A DNA stretch of 63,033 nucleotides, counting the filler, from Asterionella formosa (lineage: Eukaryota): the NCBI GenBank assembly GCA_002256025.1. It is 19 parts of 19 records of this genome, joined end to end, with 100 filler letters (N's around TTAATTAATTAA, not from the genome) between each part and the next. Parts side by side here need not be neighbours in the genome. Positions count along the whole stretch, not along the records: positions 1 to 20,080 come from NKIB01003460.1; positions 20,181 to 21,421 come from NKIB01003464.1; positions 21,522 to 22,762 come from NKIB01003465.1; positions 22,863 to 42,937 come from NKIB01003466.1; 15 more parts are not named here. One strand, given 5' to 3'. Of this stretch, positions 12,640 through 25,000 are shown piece by piece (position 1 is the first letter of the stretch; every line of letters begins with the position of its first letter). The position numbers and the translations under genes were made by a program. Below the pieces are notes generated by a model. The model did no database searches and was not told where the DNA came from. It saw nothing but the letters and a program-made list of their open reading frames with translations.

Positions 12640-13100
12640 AGCTAAGCAGGATAGAAACAGTGGACACTACCTGGGGAGCTTGAAGAAAAGTCAAGGCGAC
12701 GCAAGGTTACCTGATGTGCGGTTTGCCAACGGAAGTGGTGCAGACACTGCAGATGGTGGGAACACATCCATCTGGCAGAATTGTGGTATCATACCACAAG
12801 TATCTGCACCACAATTCTTCGTTTTTCTGAAGAGCGGTTTGGACTGGTGTTGTTGATTTTTGATCCACGTCGCTCTGGAACCGTTGTCGGAAGACTTTAA
12901 CCAATACTTAGAGCGAGTGCAGGAACTATCCTATCATTTAATGGACTCAAATGTGGAAGTGAGGGAAGATTATGAACTAAGCTGCTCCATCAGAAGGGGG
13001 GGGGTTGACTACTCACGTCAAGAACCAAGGTGTTTAGCGGAATTTTATTGAGGCTAATAATCGATGGAGAAAAGAATAGAGAGCAAAGCAGACCGAAGAA
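12640..13100 (+). pseudogene. Degenerate tyrosine-recombinase C-terminus (YR-element relic)
   Basis: Across a frameshift in a G-run it reads 'EVREDYELSCSIRRG / LTTHVKNQGV*RNFIEANNRWRKE*RAK', resembling the S.RRG...GV...I...NRW box of YR elements. Confidence 0.5.
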
Positions 13101-13718
13101 GAAAAAGGGGGTTTAGTGGGTTAAGATTCAAGGATCGAATGGAGGTAAACAATCTATTTGCTTCTTGAGTTGATGAAGGAGGGTACGGTGGGTCATTTAG
13201 ACTGGATACCTGGTCTGAGGTAACAAGTGACAACTTATACTTGTTTCACATTTCTTGGTTTGGAAAAATGTACCCGAAATCTATTTTGTGAGGAAAGTCG
13301 TTGGGACTTTCGCACCCTTTTCCTAATGTTTTCGCATGCATTGGATGTGCGTGCGATACAAGAAGCAGGTGACATGTGTTGTTCAACATATGATGGGTAC
13401 GTGTTAACAGTTATAGTTTAAGAGTCCAAGGACAAGGTGAAGGAAGATAGTGATGACCCTATTGTAAAGGAATGCAATTGGTTTACCACTTGACTAATTA
13501 TAAATATTTAAAGATTGTGGAAATGTGTGAAAACCTGTAGCTCATAAGATGGCGCTCCTTAGGGCAATTGAAATGTAGAAAATCGTAGGAGTCAAAATGG
13601 CCCCTGACAAATTTTGACAACTGACACAATTGTTTTCGCCCAGAGGGAGTACCAGGTACTGGTACTTACCAGCACACACTGATCAATCATCATTTATTTA
13701 TTCTTCTGTGCATACATA

Positions 13719-13921
13719 TGTCAAGAACATAGTATCAATGGCTATTATGAGTCATGAGAATGTTGATTTGATTGTAGTCCGATGAATCAAATGAAGTGTT
13801 CCCATGTCAAGAAGCTAGCTAGCTAATGAGATAGATGTTTCAGATCAATCAGAAGAAGGTTTGCATCAACAAAAAGGGAACACGAAGAACAGGCTCTCCA
13901 AGGGTGATGAATGAGATTGAA
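13719..13921 (+). repeat. LTR-like repeat, copy 2 (cut by scaffold gap)
   Basis: Reverse complement of ~115-314; begins TGTCAAGAA. Confidence 0.7.
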
Positions 13922-14472
13922 NNNNNNNNNNNNNNNNNNNNNNNNNNNNNNNNNNNNNNNNNNNNNNNNNNNNNNNNNNNNNNNNNNNNNNNNNNNNNNN
14001 NNNNNNNNNNNNNNNNNNNNNNNNNNNNNNNNNNNNNNNNNNNNNNNNNNNNNNNNNNNNNNNNNNNNNNNNNNNNNNNNNNNNNNNNNNNNNNNNNNNN
14101 NNNNNNNNNNNNNNNNNNNNNNNNNNNNNNNNNNNNNNNNNNNNNNNNNNNNNNNNNNNNNNNNNNNNNNNNNNNNNNNNNNNNNNNNNNNNNNNNNNNN
14201 NNNNNNNNNNNNNNNNNNNNNNNNNNNNNNNNNNNNNNNNNNNNNNNNNNNNNNNNNNNNNNNNNNNNNNNNNNNNNNNNNNNNNNNNNNNNNNNNNNNN
14301 NNNNNNNNNNNNNNNNNNNNNNNNNNNNNNNNNNNNNNNNNNNNNNNNNNNNNNNNNNNNNNNNNNNNNNNNNNNNNNNNNNNNNNNNNNNNNNNNNNNN
14401 NNNNNNNNNNNNNNNNNNNNNNATTTTTCCAGACCTTCATATGGTATAGACAAGATACACAGTGGAAGACGA

Positions 14473-16485
14473 ATGAAGACTCCGCCTTTGCGTATTATTC
14501 ATGTTCGACATTCAATACTCCTCATGTCGACAATACTAGTACTGAATTGGCTGAGGCAATGCAGTGCGTTTCGAACCTCGAGCCATCGTGCTAGATTTGT
14601 TATGCTGACATTCAAAGAGAAGCAGGTCACCATAAGATCCCCACGCATCAGATTGTTCACCACTTCTTTCGATGATCCAACCGGTGACGGAGTTGTACTC
14701 GACGGACCAGACCATGTCGGGAGATGGGAGGATAGCCATGGTGAACGACCACTCCCGCCGATACTCGAGTCATCTCAAAGCTATCATGGAACTATTTATA
14801 ATGAAGAGTTTGGAGCGGTCGATTATGATGAGTTTGAAGAAATGAATGATGAAACGACCCTTAGTCTGCAAGGAGAGTCGATACTCGGAGTCACGTCCTT
14901 GTTTTCAGAAGAGTCGAAACCATTAGCTGAAGATGGAACTATACCATCGTTATTTTCTGAACCTGATAATTCATCACCCAAATCTGTCTCGGCTTGGTCA
15001 CGGAAATCATCACTGCACCCTGATTTGGAGCAATCGAACGAAGTATCCACATCGCAGAAACAAAGTATAACGGCATTTCTGGGTCTTCAAACTCCTCCAA
15101 TGGGAATAGAGCGAGGTGATGGTAGCGATGAGATATACATCAAAGGTTCAAGTGGAAATGGTATCACAACAGACATTGAGGCCCTAAAGGAGAAACTAAA
15201 GTCCGTAACTGTATCCATTTACAGAGAAAACAACGGGGAGGAGTTCAACATAAACAGCAATAAGCAATTATCAAAAGTACTATTTGGCCATCCAGATGAA
15301 TCTACAGATAAAGATGCCTTGTATGCCATTGCATCAGCGGGGAATAAAATTGCGGACCTTGTCCTGATGTATCGGAGATACAAGGTTGATATTCGAAAAA
15401 TGGAACGAAAGACCATCAACAAGGAGAAGGGAGTATATGTTACTTCTGCAATCAACCACGCCAACACCGATTCTTCCCGTGATCCGTTAATACTTGTGGA
15501 TGCGTCCGCTTACATTTTCCGAGCTTATTACTCTATGCCCCCATTTCACCGAGCTGACGGGACTCCTGTTGGTGCTGTGTTGGGATTTTGTAACATGCTG
15601 AATAAACTCATCCTCAACCGACTTTTGGCAGGAGAAGAGCCTCGAATGGTGTTGGTCTTTGACCCCAATGGCAAGAATTTTCGTCACGACTTATACCCAG
15701 AATATAAGGCAAACAGAAAAGAGTGTCCAATGGACTTGAAGCCTCAATTCGCCTTGATTCGAGAGGCTGCCAAGGCTTATGGAATTCATGAACTTGAAGC
15801 GACAGGATATGAAGCTGACGATGTGATTGCCACATTAGTCACCATGGCCATGAAGGAAGGTGTAGACTGTCATATTCTATCTGGAGATAAGGATCTTATG
15901 CAACTTATCACTCCTCTTGAGAGGACCAATTCATATGTTCATGTAATTGATCCCATGTCAATGACACGAGTTGATTACGATGCTGTTGTGGAAAAATGGG
16001 GTGTTGGTCCAGAGTTGATTGGCGATCTGCTTGCCATCGTGGGAGACACATCAGATAATATACCAGGAATTAAGGGACTAGGTCCGAAGACTGGTACTTT
16101 TCTCTTGAACCAATTTAAATCATTAGAGACGATTTTGGCTAATCCAGGTGCTATCGAGAAGAAGGCACAACGTATGAAGATCGAAGCAAATATTGACATT
16201 GCTCGTCTCTCACGTCAGCTGGTTGAGCTGGTTCGTGATATTCCAAGAGAAGCAATGACATTTCCGGAAGATTGTTTATCAATAGCAGATTTGAGAATGA
16301 AAGGACTTGCTCAGGAAAGGCTACTGAAATTTTATGATCAAATGGGCTTTCGTGATTTGAAGAAACGACTGGAAGGCCGATTGTCTGGCAAGGCTGTGAC
16401 CTCCCGAACAAAACGCAATACCTGGAAGTCACGTGAAAAGGCAACTGTGCCTCAACCTGAAGACTTTGATGATGTGCCATTCTAA
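14473..16485 (+). CDS. DNA polymerase I-type 5'-3' exonuclease/flap nuclease, likely plastid-targeted, with no polymerase catalytic domain
   Basis: 670-aa ORF with 5'-nuclease motifs 'LILVDASAYIFRAYY', 'FRHDLYPEYKANR', 'GYEADDVIATL', 'ILSGDKDLMQL' and H3TH 'GDTSDNIPGIKGLGPKT'. N-terminal signal followed by 'CSA-F'. Confidence 0.9.
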   Translation: MKTPPLRIIHVRHSILLMSTILVLNWLRQCSAFRTSSHRARFVMLTFKEKQVTIRSPRIRLFTTSFDDPTGDGVVLDGPDHVGRWEDSHGERPLPPILESSQSYHGTIYNEEFGAVDYDEFEEMNDETTLSLQGESILGVTSLFSEESKPLAEDGTIPSLFSEPDNSSPKSVSAWSRKSSLHPDLEQSNEVSTSQKQSITAFLGLQTPPMGIERGDGSDEIYIKGSSGNGITTDIEALKEKLKSVTVSIYRENNGEEFNINSNKQLSKVLFGHPDESTDKDALYAIASAGNKIADLVLMYRRYKVDIRKMERKTINKEKGVYVTSAINHANTDSSRDPLILVDASAYIFRAYYSMPPFHRADGTPVGAVLGFCNMLNKLILNRLLAGEEPRMVLVFDPNGKNFRHDLYPEYKANRKECPMDLKPQFALIREAAKAYGIHELEATGYEADDVIATLVTMAMKEGVDCHILSGDKDLMQLITPLERTNSYVHVIDPMSMTRVDYDAVVEKWGVGPELIGDLLAIVGDTSDNIPGIKGLGPKTGTFLLNQFKSLETILANPGAIEKKAQRMKIEANIDIARLSRQLVELVRDIPREAMTFPEDCLSIADLRMKGLAQERLLKFYDQMGFRDLKKRLEGRLSGKAVTSRTKRNTWKSREKATVPQPEDFDDVPF

Positions 16486-17768
16486 GCAAGGTTGCAGCCT
16501 TTAGTTGTATCCAACTTCATAATATGAGTATTGCTTGTTTTGTCACGGCATAAGTGTTTGAGTGAACATGACTCGAATACGTCCAGCTGCATAGCACACA
16601 ACCCCCCACATTGTGACTGCAACTTTCAAGCTAGTGATTCCAAGCTGCCACAAAAGGCACCTGATGGGGCTGGTCCTCCAATGGCTGCATTGGACATGAC
16701 CACTTCATGCTTCAGCTGAATGGCAGTAGACAAGTGTGGCGAAGGACAAGTGAACATCAAAGTAGAACACTGGTAAATGCCCGTTCAGGAAGAGAAAATA
16801 AGCGACATGGTGGACCACTGAAAACGGTCTGCCCTAGACTAGCAGATACTCCAATTGATTCCTCAAATAGAAAATGACAGGCCAATGAGGCAAGCTCATT
16901 GGTTGCTTGTTGCATCATGTTAGTCCAAGCAATGGATAAGTTTTGAAAATGGTACCTTAACATCATACATTACAGCAAAAATAATTGCGCAAGCTGTTCC
17001 AGGGATGAAGGGAAAGTGAGAATTACTACAAATTTGGTGGCTGATAAACTCACGTTGACGATGATCTTAATACATGCTGTTAACCCCTCAAAGCAAAAGG
17101 CCATGACAAACAAGTCAGTAGCTTCCATGCTGCTCATCAACTCTTCATCACCTTCAAAACAAATCAAAAAGTGATCCACACCAAGCAACTTGTGAATGTT
17201 CATAGCCATTCTGATATCAAAGAAGCTAACATTGGCAGCAAGATGCACATCCAAACTTGATGGAAAATGAAAATCAAAACATATTTTCCAAAATATCATT
17301 TGAAATGTTAGCAATTCATCAATGGCCATCTGGAAAGACAGAGTGATTGAAACACGGCATTGACGAAAATGACAGGCCAGGCAATTCCTGACCTGTGCCT
17401 AGAATTAATAACTACGTCCAGTGTACAAGTAGATTGAGTCTGAATTTACTGTTATGTTTTAATTATATATATGTATAAATATATTAGATCAAGTGATAGC
17501 TGTTGGGATGGCGAATATTAGGGCAATTGAGCCGGAGAAAATCGTACTGGTACCATGGTACCAGGTACTGTATCATGAACCTGGTAACAGGTATCATGTA
17601 TCCTGATATACCAGGATACCAAGCACTAGTAGACCTACGAGGTACCGGTACTTGTAGCAGTCATGACATTCATACCGGTATATCATTAGAACAATAAATG
17701 AAGGCACCGATTCATCGGTAGGGCTACCCCTCTCTCACCTCTTCTGAACGCAATCCATTCCCAATTCG

Positions 17769-20080
17769 ATGAAGCGTACCGGAGTTAATCTTGGCGATAT
17801 AATTGCCAAAAAGGCCAAGGAAGATGAAAGACACGGTCAGGACAGGGCCACCCGATCGGCAGCGCCTGCAAATCCGTACCTTACGAGGCCTGCCATCCCC
17901 GAACAAGCTTTGTATGCTTTCTTGACACAAGCGATACAAACTGCGAAAAAGAACTTACCTAGAGGAATGGCTTTACCGGCCAAGGAGGTGCGTGAAGGTT
18001 TTCTTTGTCGAAATGGCGGTTTGTATCATCTGAGCTGTTTCATCTCACCCGTATTTGCTGCCTTGAATCGCAGCCGTTTTGTGAAATTGAAGCTCGTTTT
18101 GGAATTCTCAAAGCCCCATATGGTAGTCATGACCGACGTGTTGCTAGTAGTGGGCCCAAGCATATAAATGGACGCACGTTCTCCGCCTTTAAGTGCGATG
18201 ACATTGAACCGCGTTGTACCTTTGAGTCGGGCATTACCCGTTCCCATAATGTGCGTTGGACCCAAGCAGGTCTCAGTGAAATTTCTCCGATAAGTCATGC
18301 ACTTGGAGTGAAGGAAGAGGCTAGAATTAAGCAAGAGATATCTGAACATGAATATGTAGAGACTGTCTATGGGGGATATCCAAGTGACAAACGGGTTGTC
18401 TTCCCTGGCATCCATCCTTCGTTGCAGGAATCAAAGGCTGGCAAGATGGAACACAAGGAACGTCTTGATGTGATTGATTTAGCGATACCAGCTGCTCCCT
18501 ACGATGTAAGAATTCAATTAGCTACTGAAAAGGTTGTGGACAGCAACCTCAAAATTCCCCCGGTAGGATGGACAAGCAAACGAGTGAAACGAAGGCGGTC
18601 GTACGCTCGCCGTGACAGGTCCATAAAGTGGCAAATCGATGTTACCGAAGTGACAACTACTTACGCGGACACAAGCAAACATGCCAATGTGGACTATGAA
18701 TTGGAAATGGAACTCTTGCCAGATGCTACATTGCAACTGGTCAATGATGGGAATGAAAAGTATTGCAAGATGCTGGCCTCACAACTATGGTGGATCTTGC
18801 ATAATGTTAATCCGCTCGCGGAAGTCTTAGATGTTGAAGAGTTTTTACAAGACCATACTGACCATGAAGAAGTCCAGCTGGCACTGGCGGCTTGTGGGGC
18901 GATGAAGAAATTTATGGAAGCCAAAGGGTCTGAGAAATTTTTATCTCCAATAGGCCAATCAAAGCCACCAGACTCAAAGCTTGCAGCACTCAATTTTTGC
19001 GGTTGTATGCCAGTAAACTTTTCTAGGCACAACATCGAAGAAGTCCAGAGATCTGCCGAAAATGGTTACTTTCTCAGTGAAAAGACAGACGGAGTTCGGC
19101 ACTTTCTAGTGTTTACCCAAAAAACGGCAGTCCTAATCGACAGAGCCATGCGAGGGAAACAGCCCATTCATCGGCCAGGCACCGACAAAGAGAAAGATCC
19201 CTTTGACAATCTCCTTGGCTTGATTCAACCCGGGACTGTTCTTGACGGTGAAGTTGTCATGCACCGAAAACACCGACGTCCCATTTTTATCGTCTTTGAT
19301 GTAATGACCATCAACACCGAAACAGCTGTCTTGAACCTAAAATTTGAGGAACGTCTTCGGCACTTGCGACAAGCTTCTTTCCGTACTCGGGATGCTGCAC
19401 GCGACATGTTTGATACAAACGCAGTGGCAGACCCGAAGATTGCGCTCCCACTTGTTCGTAAGAACTTTGTGCACAGAAAAGACTTGGACGACTTACTGGC
19501 GAAAGTAATCGAAGACAAGGGCCTGCGAGCCTATCGTCAGGGAGAAACTCATTACCACTTGACTGATGGCATTATCTTCCAGCCCAATCTTCCATATGTG
19601 TGTGGAACAGATGTAAACCTGTTGAAGTGGAAGTATTTGGACACTGTAACAATTGACGTGGAGTTAATGCCTCCACTACGAAGCGATGACGAGGGCACTC
19701 TACGTGTTGGTGTTTTAGGCGACGACCAGGCCAGGATTGAAATGACACGTCATATTCACTTGCCGGGGCCAGAACGTCTTCGTCTCGAAGCGGATCGTCA
19801 AGAGAGTGGCTCCAAGATTGCTGAAGTTGGTTTTGATCCAACAACTGGAACGTGGTATTATTTGACAATGCGCCCAGACAAGGTTGCTCCCAATCACATC
19901 AGTACTGTCTTAGGTACTCTGCTCGAGTTGGCTGAGTATTTGACCACTGACGAGCTTCGATATCGCATGAGTGTACCTGCTGGAGCTCGCGACACTTACG
20001 GCAAGGACGCGAGAGGCATGCAAAAACAGTTGCTCGAACATCAACGTAAGAAGAATAATTCGTCTCGACAGCATGCAAGC
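17769..20080 (+). CDS. Bifunctional mRNA capping enzyme: CYTH/TTM RNA triphosphatase plus guanylyltransferase; exons 17769-17987 and 18074->20080 (stop lost at gap)
   Basis: A phase-0 GT..AG intron (17988-18073) joins two ORFs. TTM motifs 'EIEARFG' and 'YELEME'. GTase motifs 'EKTDG', 'LDGE', 'FDV', 'DGIIF', 'LLKWK', 'RPDK..PN'. Confidence 0.9.
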
Positions 20081-20180
20081 NNNNNNNNNNNNNNNNNNNN
20101 NNNNNNNNNNNNNNNNNNNNNNNNTTAATTAATTAANNNNNNNNNNNNNNNNNNNNNNNNNNNNNNNNNNNNNNNNNNNN
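20081..20180. other. Artificial contig spacer N-TTAATTAATTAA-N (first of 18 in the window)
   Basis: Identical 100-bp spacers with stops in all six frames separate contigs of near-identical length (~1,238-1,245 bp). Confidence 0.97.
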
Positions 20181-20420
20181 CACTCTTTTCATATGCTTAG
20201 ATACAGTCACCGATCAAAGTAGGGGTATACTAGGTCAACTCCAGCATGTAACATCAGGATATAGGAGGATCTGGCGAGAAACTGCTGAAAGGAACTTCTG
20301 TTTTTTTAACTATGCTGAAAATAGTGGATTTTACCTGGCCAACTCGTTTATTTGGCCTAGTACAAAAATGTTCCTTTCTGTAGTTTCTCGCCGAAAGTTA
20401 GAAATTCCAGGGCAAATCAC
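20181..20420. mobile_element. Internal fragment of the TTAA MITE family
   Basis: Aligns with 39885-40105, including the internal inverted repeat. Confidence 0.7.
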
Positions 20421-21946
20421 TTTATTTGGTATAGTAAAAAGGAGAATTCCCCCCAAAGTAGCATAATATTTCAGAAAAGTAACATAAGCAAATACGTCAC
20501 TTTAGAAAAACTTCGAAAAAGTGCCGTAAGCGGCGTCTTACTAGATGGTGGGAAGGAGGAGAGGCTAAGCTCATAGCTACTCGATTGTCACTTTTGAATA
20601 GAATCATATTTTGGGAATAGAAATAACTTGATGAACAAACCAACCCATGCTTTGTCCCCATAATGGGCAACCTATATCCTCTGCGGAGGTTCAGTTACAC
20701 CTGTTTGTGGTTCTCTGTGGCTCATTTGAATGGCTAGCTAAATGTTCTGAATGTTTATCTTATCCACCACACTGGTGTCCATATGATCATAAAAAGTAAG
20801 TGATCCATTGAAATGCACTCCTTCCTTCATAAACATCCTGCAAGTTAATTTTCCCAGCTTTTTCTGGATTTGATGTGATATTCATCAAAATTCTGTTGCT
20901 TCAAATTCTTTTGACATAACAGATATATACATACATGATAGCGGTAATTGGCCTGTGGATGAAAACTGAGGACAAGTGCTAGCGTGATTTAATAATTTGC
21001 TTTCAATATTTAACAATGATGGAAGTTGCAAAATGTAAATGAGAAGCAAACAATGAATTGATCCTAGCAATGTGATTGAATCAAATCAAACTACTTTAAA
21101 CCAATAGTCGTACAGCTTCTTGAATTGAAACATAGTGATCATTAGAAGATGAATGAGAAGTTGTCAAATCAAGTTCAAGCAAGCAAACTGCCAGTATCCA
21201 GCCAATTAAGTTATTTTCTTCCCCTTAATGCATGGAGGGTTCCCAATCTCATCCATTGCCTGCATTCTTGCCTCTTGAGCCTCCATAGCAAACTACCTTT
21301 TGGATTGTTGCTCTCTCTGAATCAGTATTCTTCTAAAAGATCTTGATCAAGAACTCATCAACTTGATTTGCGCCGTATTTACCTTTCTGTCTAGTATCAA
21401 AACAAGCGAATACTCATTAACNNNNNNNNNNNNNNNNNNNNNNNNNNNNNNNNNNNNNNNNNNNNTTAATTAATTAANNNNNNNNNNNNNNNNNNNNNNN
21501 NNNNNNNNNNNNNNNNNNNNNATGCGATTCACACAGCCTGCAACTTCTGATTCAACAATGACAAGATCAATGCAGGTAGGACATGATGGAACATAATTTT
21601 ATGGTCGAGGGATTCATCAAATGGAGATGCAACAGAAAACTCATGGTTGATTGTTGCATTCGCTGTTATATTGTTGCTCAAAACAGAACCAGGATTATAT
21701 ATGTATGAAGAAGCAGGATGATTATTTACTCCCGAATGGAACTCTATCAATGTGGCGTCAATTTCTACTTTTAAAATAGATATTCAGACAGATACATGCA
21801 TAGGAAAACTCAGAAAAATTCCCTGGGAGTTGGCAGAAACTCCGAAGTATGAAAAGTCATGTACAAAACTGTTTTAATCTAAAATCGACCTTTTTCCACG
21901 TAGCGAGGAAGTATGGAGCTTCCCGTACCTCCCTGCTCCACATCAA

Positions 21947-22002
21947 TTTTACAACCCTAGCAATGTTTTACTCCAAACTAGGGTTAAGCCGGGGCTGCAA
22001 CC
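21947..22002. mobile_element. Terminus of a second, related TIR family (GGTTGCRGCCC..GCTTAACCCTAG)
   Basis: Near-identical to 40694-40749; terminus resembles the TTAA MITE TIR. Confidence 0.55.
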
Positions 22003-25000
22003 TTTGTAGTAAGTAGTAGTAAATTCTGATGATTTGCTTTGGGTTTCATCAGATATGACGTAACAGATCTTCCTTGTCAACTACTGGTTGTACCTCAAGT
22101 TGCAGTAATTTTGCTGACATCCTCACAATCTCAGCAATATAAAATGTAGTCGCACCTTTGACCCAATACTTAGTGCAGCCCGATATGCTGGCCAGCGCAT
22201 AATGCCATTAATTTTCATTCATGGCATGATTTCGAATAAGGTTTTAAGCTCTAAATATCATCACTTTGGCAGATATAGCAAAATATTGATTTGGCAGATA
22301 AAGTTACTTTGCTTGAATCGAGTAAAGTTTACTTTCTTGGGTCATTGGATTATTGCTCGATTCAAGCGAAGTTTACTTTATCTGCCGAATCAAAATCATT
22401 TTGCTATAGCTATCTGCCAAAGTGATCATATTTATAGCAAAAGTGATGGCGTGCCAATTCGAAAGCATTAAAGTTTTATGCCTTTGCATTTTATATGTTC
22501 ACCTAGGTAATCATATACACATCTGGCGGTACCTGGTATACATACCAGGTAGTCTAAAAATATTAACATTATTGTGCTACCGTATTACTCGCGCAAGTTT
22601 TTCTAAACTGAAGGATGATAATATATAGGAACAGCCCTGTGAGAACAGCAAATCTGGCGATGGAGATGAAGCTTTCGCTCATATTCCTATTTCAGGGTAC
22701 CTGGTACCAAAAGGGGCCAGTATAAGCAACTACCAGCACTGCTAAATGGATTCCTTTATACTNNNNNNNNNNNNNNNNNNNNNNNNNNNNNNNNNNNNNN
22801 NNNNNNTTAATTAATTAANNNNNNNNNNNNNNNNNNNNNNNNNNNNNNNNNNNNNNNNNNNNCATCTGGGGTGAAGCTTCTCTCGAAGAAGCAGTCGAGG
22901 ATGTGCTGACCGTCCCTTCTGATGACATGCTCCTTGGACGAGAGTTGTCCATTTTCAGAACTGATGTCACAAGGCCGTGAGCAATGCAAGGCAGATTTTA
23001 TCAAGAGAAATTCAATTTATGTCCATGTACCCCGATACACTATTCCTACGTAGCTACAGGTGCTGGTACTTCGTACAGTTTCATAGACGCTGTCTCTCTA
23101 TCATACTATGGTAAGAAAGGTACCAGGTGCCAGGTACCAGGTACCTGGTACTCCTTCCGTAGCAGGGGAGGCACCATATGACCATGTACTACCGTACATG
23201 TAAATCGCAACAACCACCACTAGTAACTACTCCGTACGTATTGTACTAGAGGTACCAAGCTATATATAGCAGACTCAGGCACGACCGGCCGGAGGTATTT
23301 CGTCCCCGCGCACAGCGGAGTATTCAGCATATTTGTTTCCCTCGTTTGTTCCGCCTGCATGACAACAGATGATCGTTGATGAACAAAAAATTCAAGGCAC
23401 TTGATTGCTTCGCCTACGACTAGAATAGTATTACCTGGTCCGTTGAGGACACATTTAGACATTTAAATATCACGAACTATTTAGAGCACCACATTATCAT
23501 GCCGCTGTCGTGCGTGGATTCAAAAATCTACGTTGACTGGCCTAGTACCCGATGCGTGAATGGTAAATGTATACATTTAGAGAGGTAAAACAGTTGTTTC
23601 CACATTGCCTTGAATGCACTCACTTCCGGGATCTCTACATCACCTACCGGTATACATCAAGATTTTTTACCCCCAAACCGTTTTTAATTTTACTCAATTG
23701 TTACCACAAAATCTATTCATTGCTTTTGTCGATACAATAATTACCAGTACCAGCTACCCAGGTTTAAGTTCCCATCAAAACAGTAGCATACCATACAGTA
23801 TTTGTCAAGAATTTGTTCAGACCTTGTATATCAATCACTCCAAGTTCTCATCTGTCTGGTGGTCCTCCTCTTGTTTCAACCCACTTCACAGGTGATTGTG
23901 GTGATTTCATGAAAAGATCTCGAATGTACTGTTTCAGGTAGTAGTCATGCAAAGAGGTTGCACCAGCTGATGTTCTCCATTTAGGTAGAGGAGTAAGCAC
24001 AATGACATCATTGCATATTCTGTACCAACAAAAAAATTTGTCTGGACACTAAATGAATCTATTGTCAGAAAAACTTACTGATACCTGTATACATAAAATA
24101 AAGGTGATGCCAGCTGAATGGAATAAAAATTAATTTAGCTTTTTCACTCTATTTCTTGTTGACAGCAACCTTCTTTGGGACTAAATACGGAAGTACTGCA
24201 AGCTTATTGACGAGTTCAAAGCACAATCATTATTGGCTAGTACATAAATCGCTTCAAGATTGCCTGCATAATTATGTTCGTTTCTAGGATATTTAGTCCA
24301 AAACGTGAATTTTCTCGATTTAACATTTACTCTCAGTTCAAAATCTTCCAAACGTTGTCTCTCAGTTTTAGGTGGTGGTACTCACCAGTCTATGGGTGCT
24401 GCTACACACTGCAGCCGAACAGAAACCTTTCCACCATGTCCACTTCAGATGATCCTGCATCAGCCACTCCCATCCCACATCCTCCGCTGCCCTCCGCATA
24501 CCTTCCTCTGACACAGTGAATCAGAAGAAAACCTCATCGAAATCCTCCCTCACCAACCTCAAGAAGACGAAAACCAAGGCTTCAACAACATGCAATATCT
24601 ATTTCAAGTGCCAACCGATTCTGCCATCCACACTCCCCTCTCCCCCTGAAACTTCTCTTATCTCCACATCTACTCTTGACAACAATAGAAGCATGAAGAA
24701 GCGCACAGCAACAGCCAGCCACAACCTCCACAGATCCAGCACCCACTTCTGCGACAACAGTGCAATTCTGCTGCCTCCTCTAGCCCTTAACACCAACAAC
24801 ACCGATTATTGGTACAGCCGCCAGAAAAAACGCCAGTCAAATATGATCACTAAAATTAATTACTTGGGTGGCACACTATGATAAATTGGGCTACATACAT
24901 AATTTAAGGGTATGACATCAAATAGAAAATGTGATGCATCATAGAATATATATGATAGGAGTGATCTAAAACAGTTTCGACAACTTCCATAAATTTTTTA

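Noticed and set aside
13823..14594. Long ORFs spanning the N-run, and ORFs ending in X...LIN
   Set aside because: Artefacts of gaps and spacer sequence.
14473..20080. Endogenous giant-virus segment (nuclease plus capping enzyme)
   Set aside because: Intron, plastid-type targeting peptide, host-like composition, and no capsid, packaging ATPase or family B polymerase genes.
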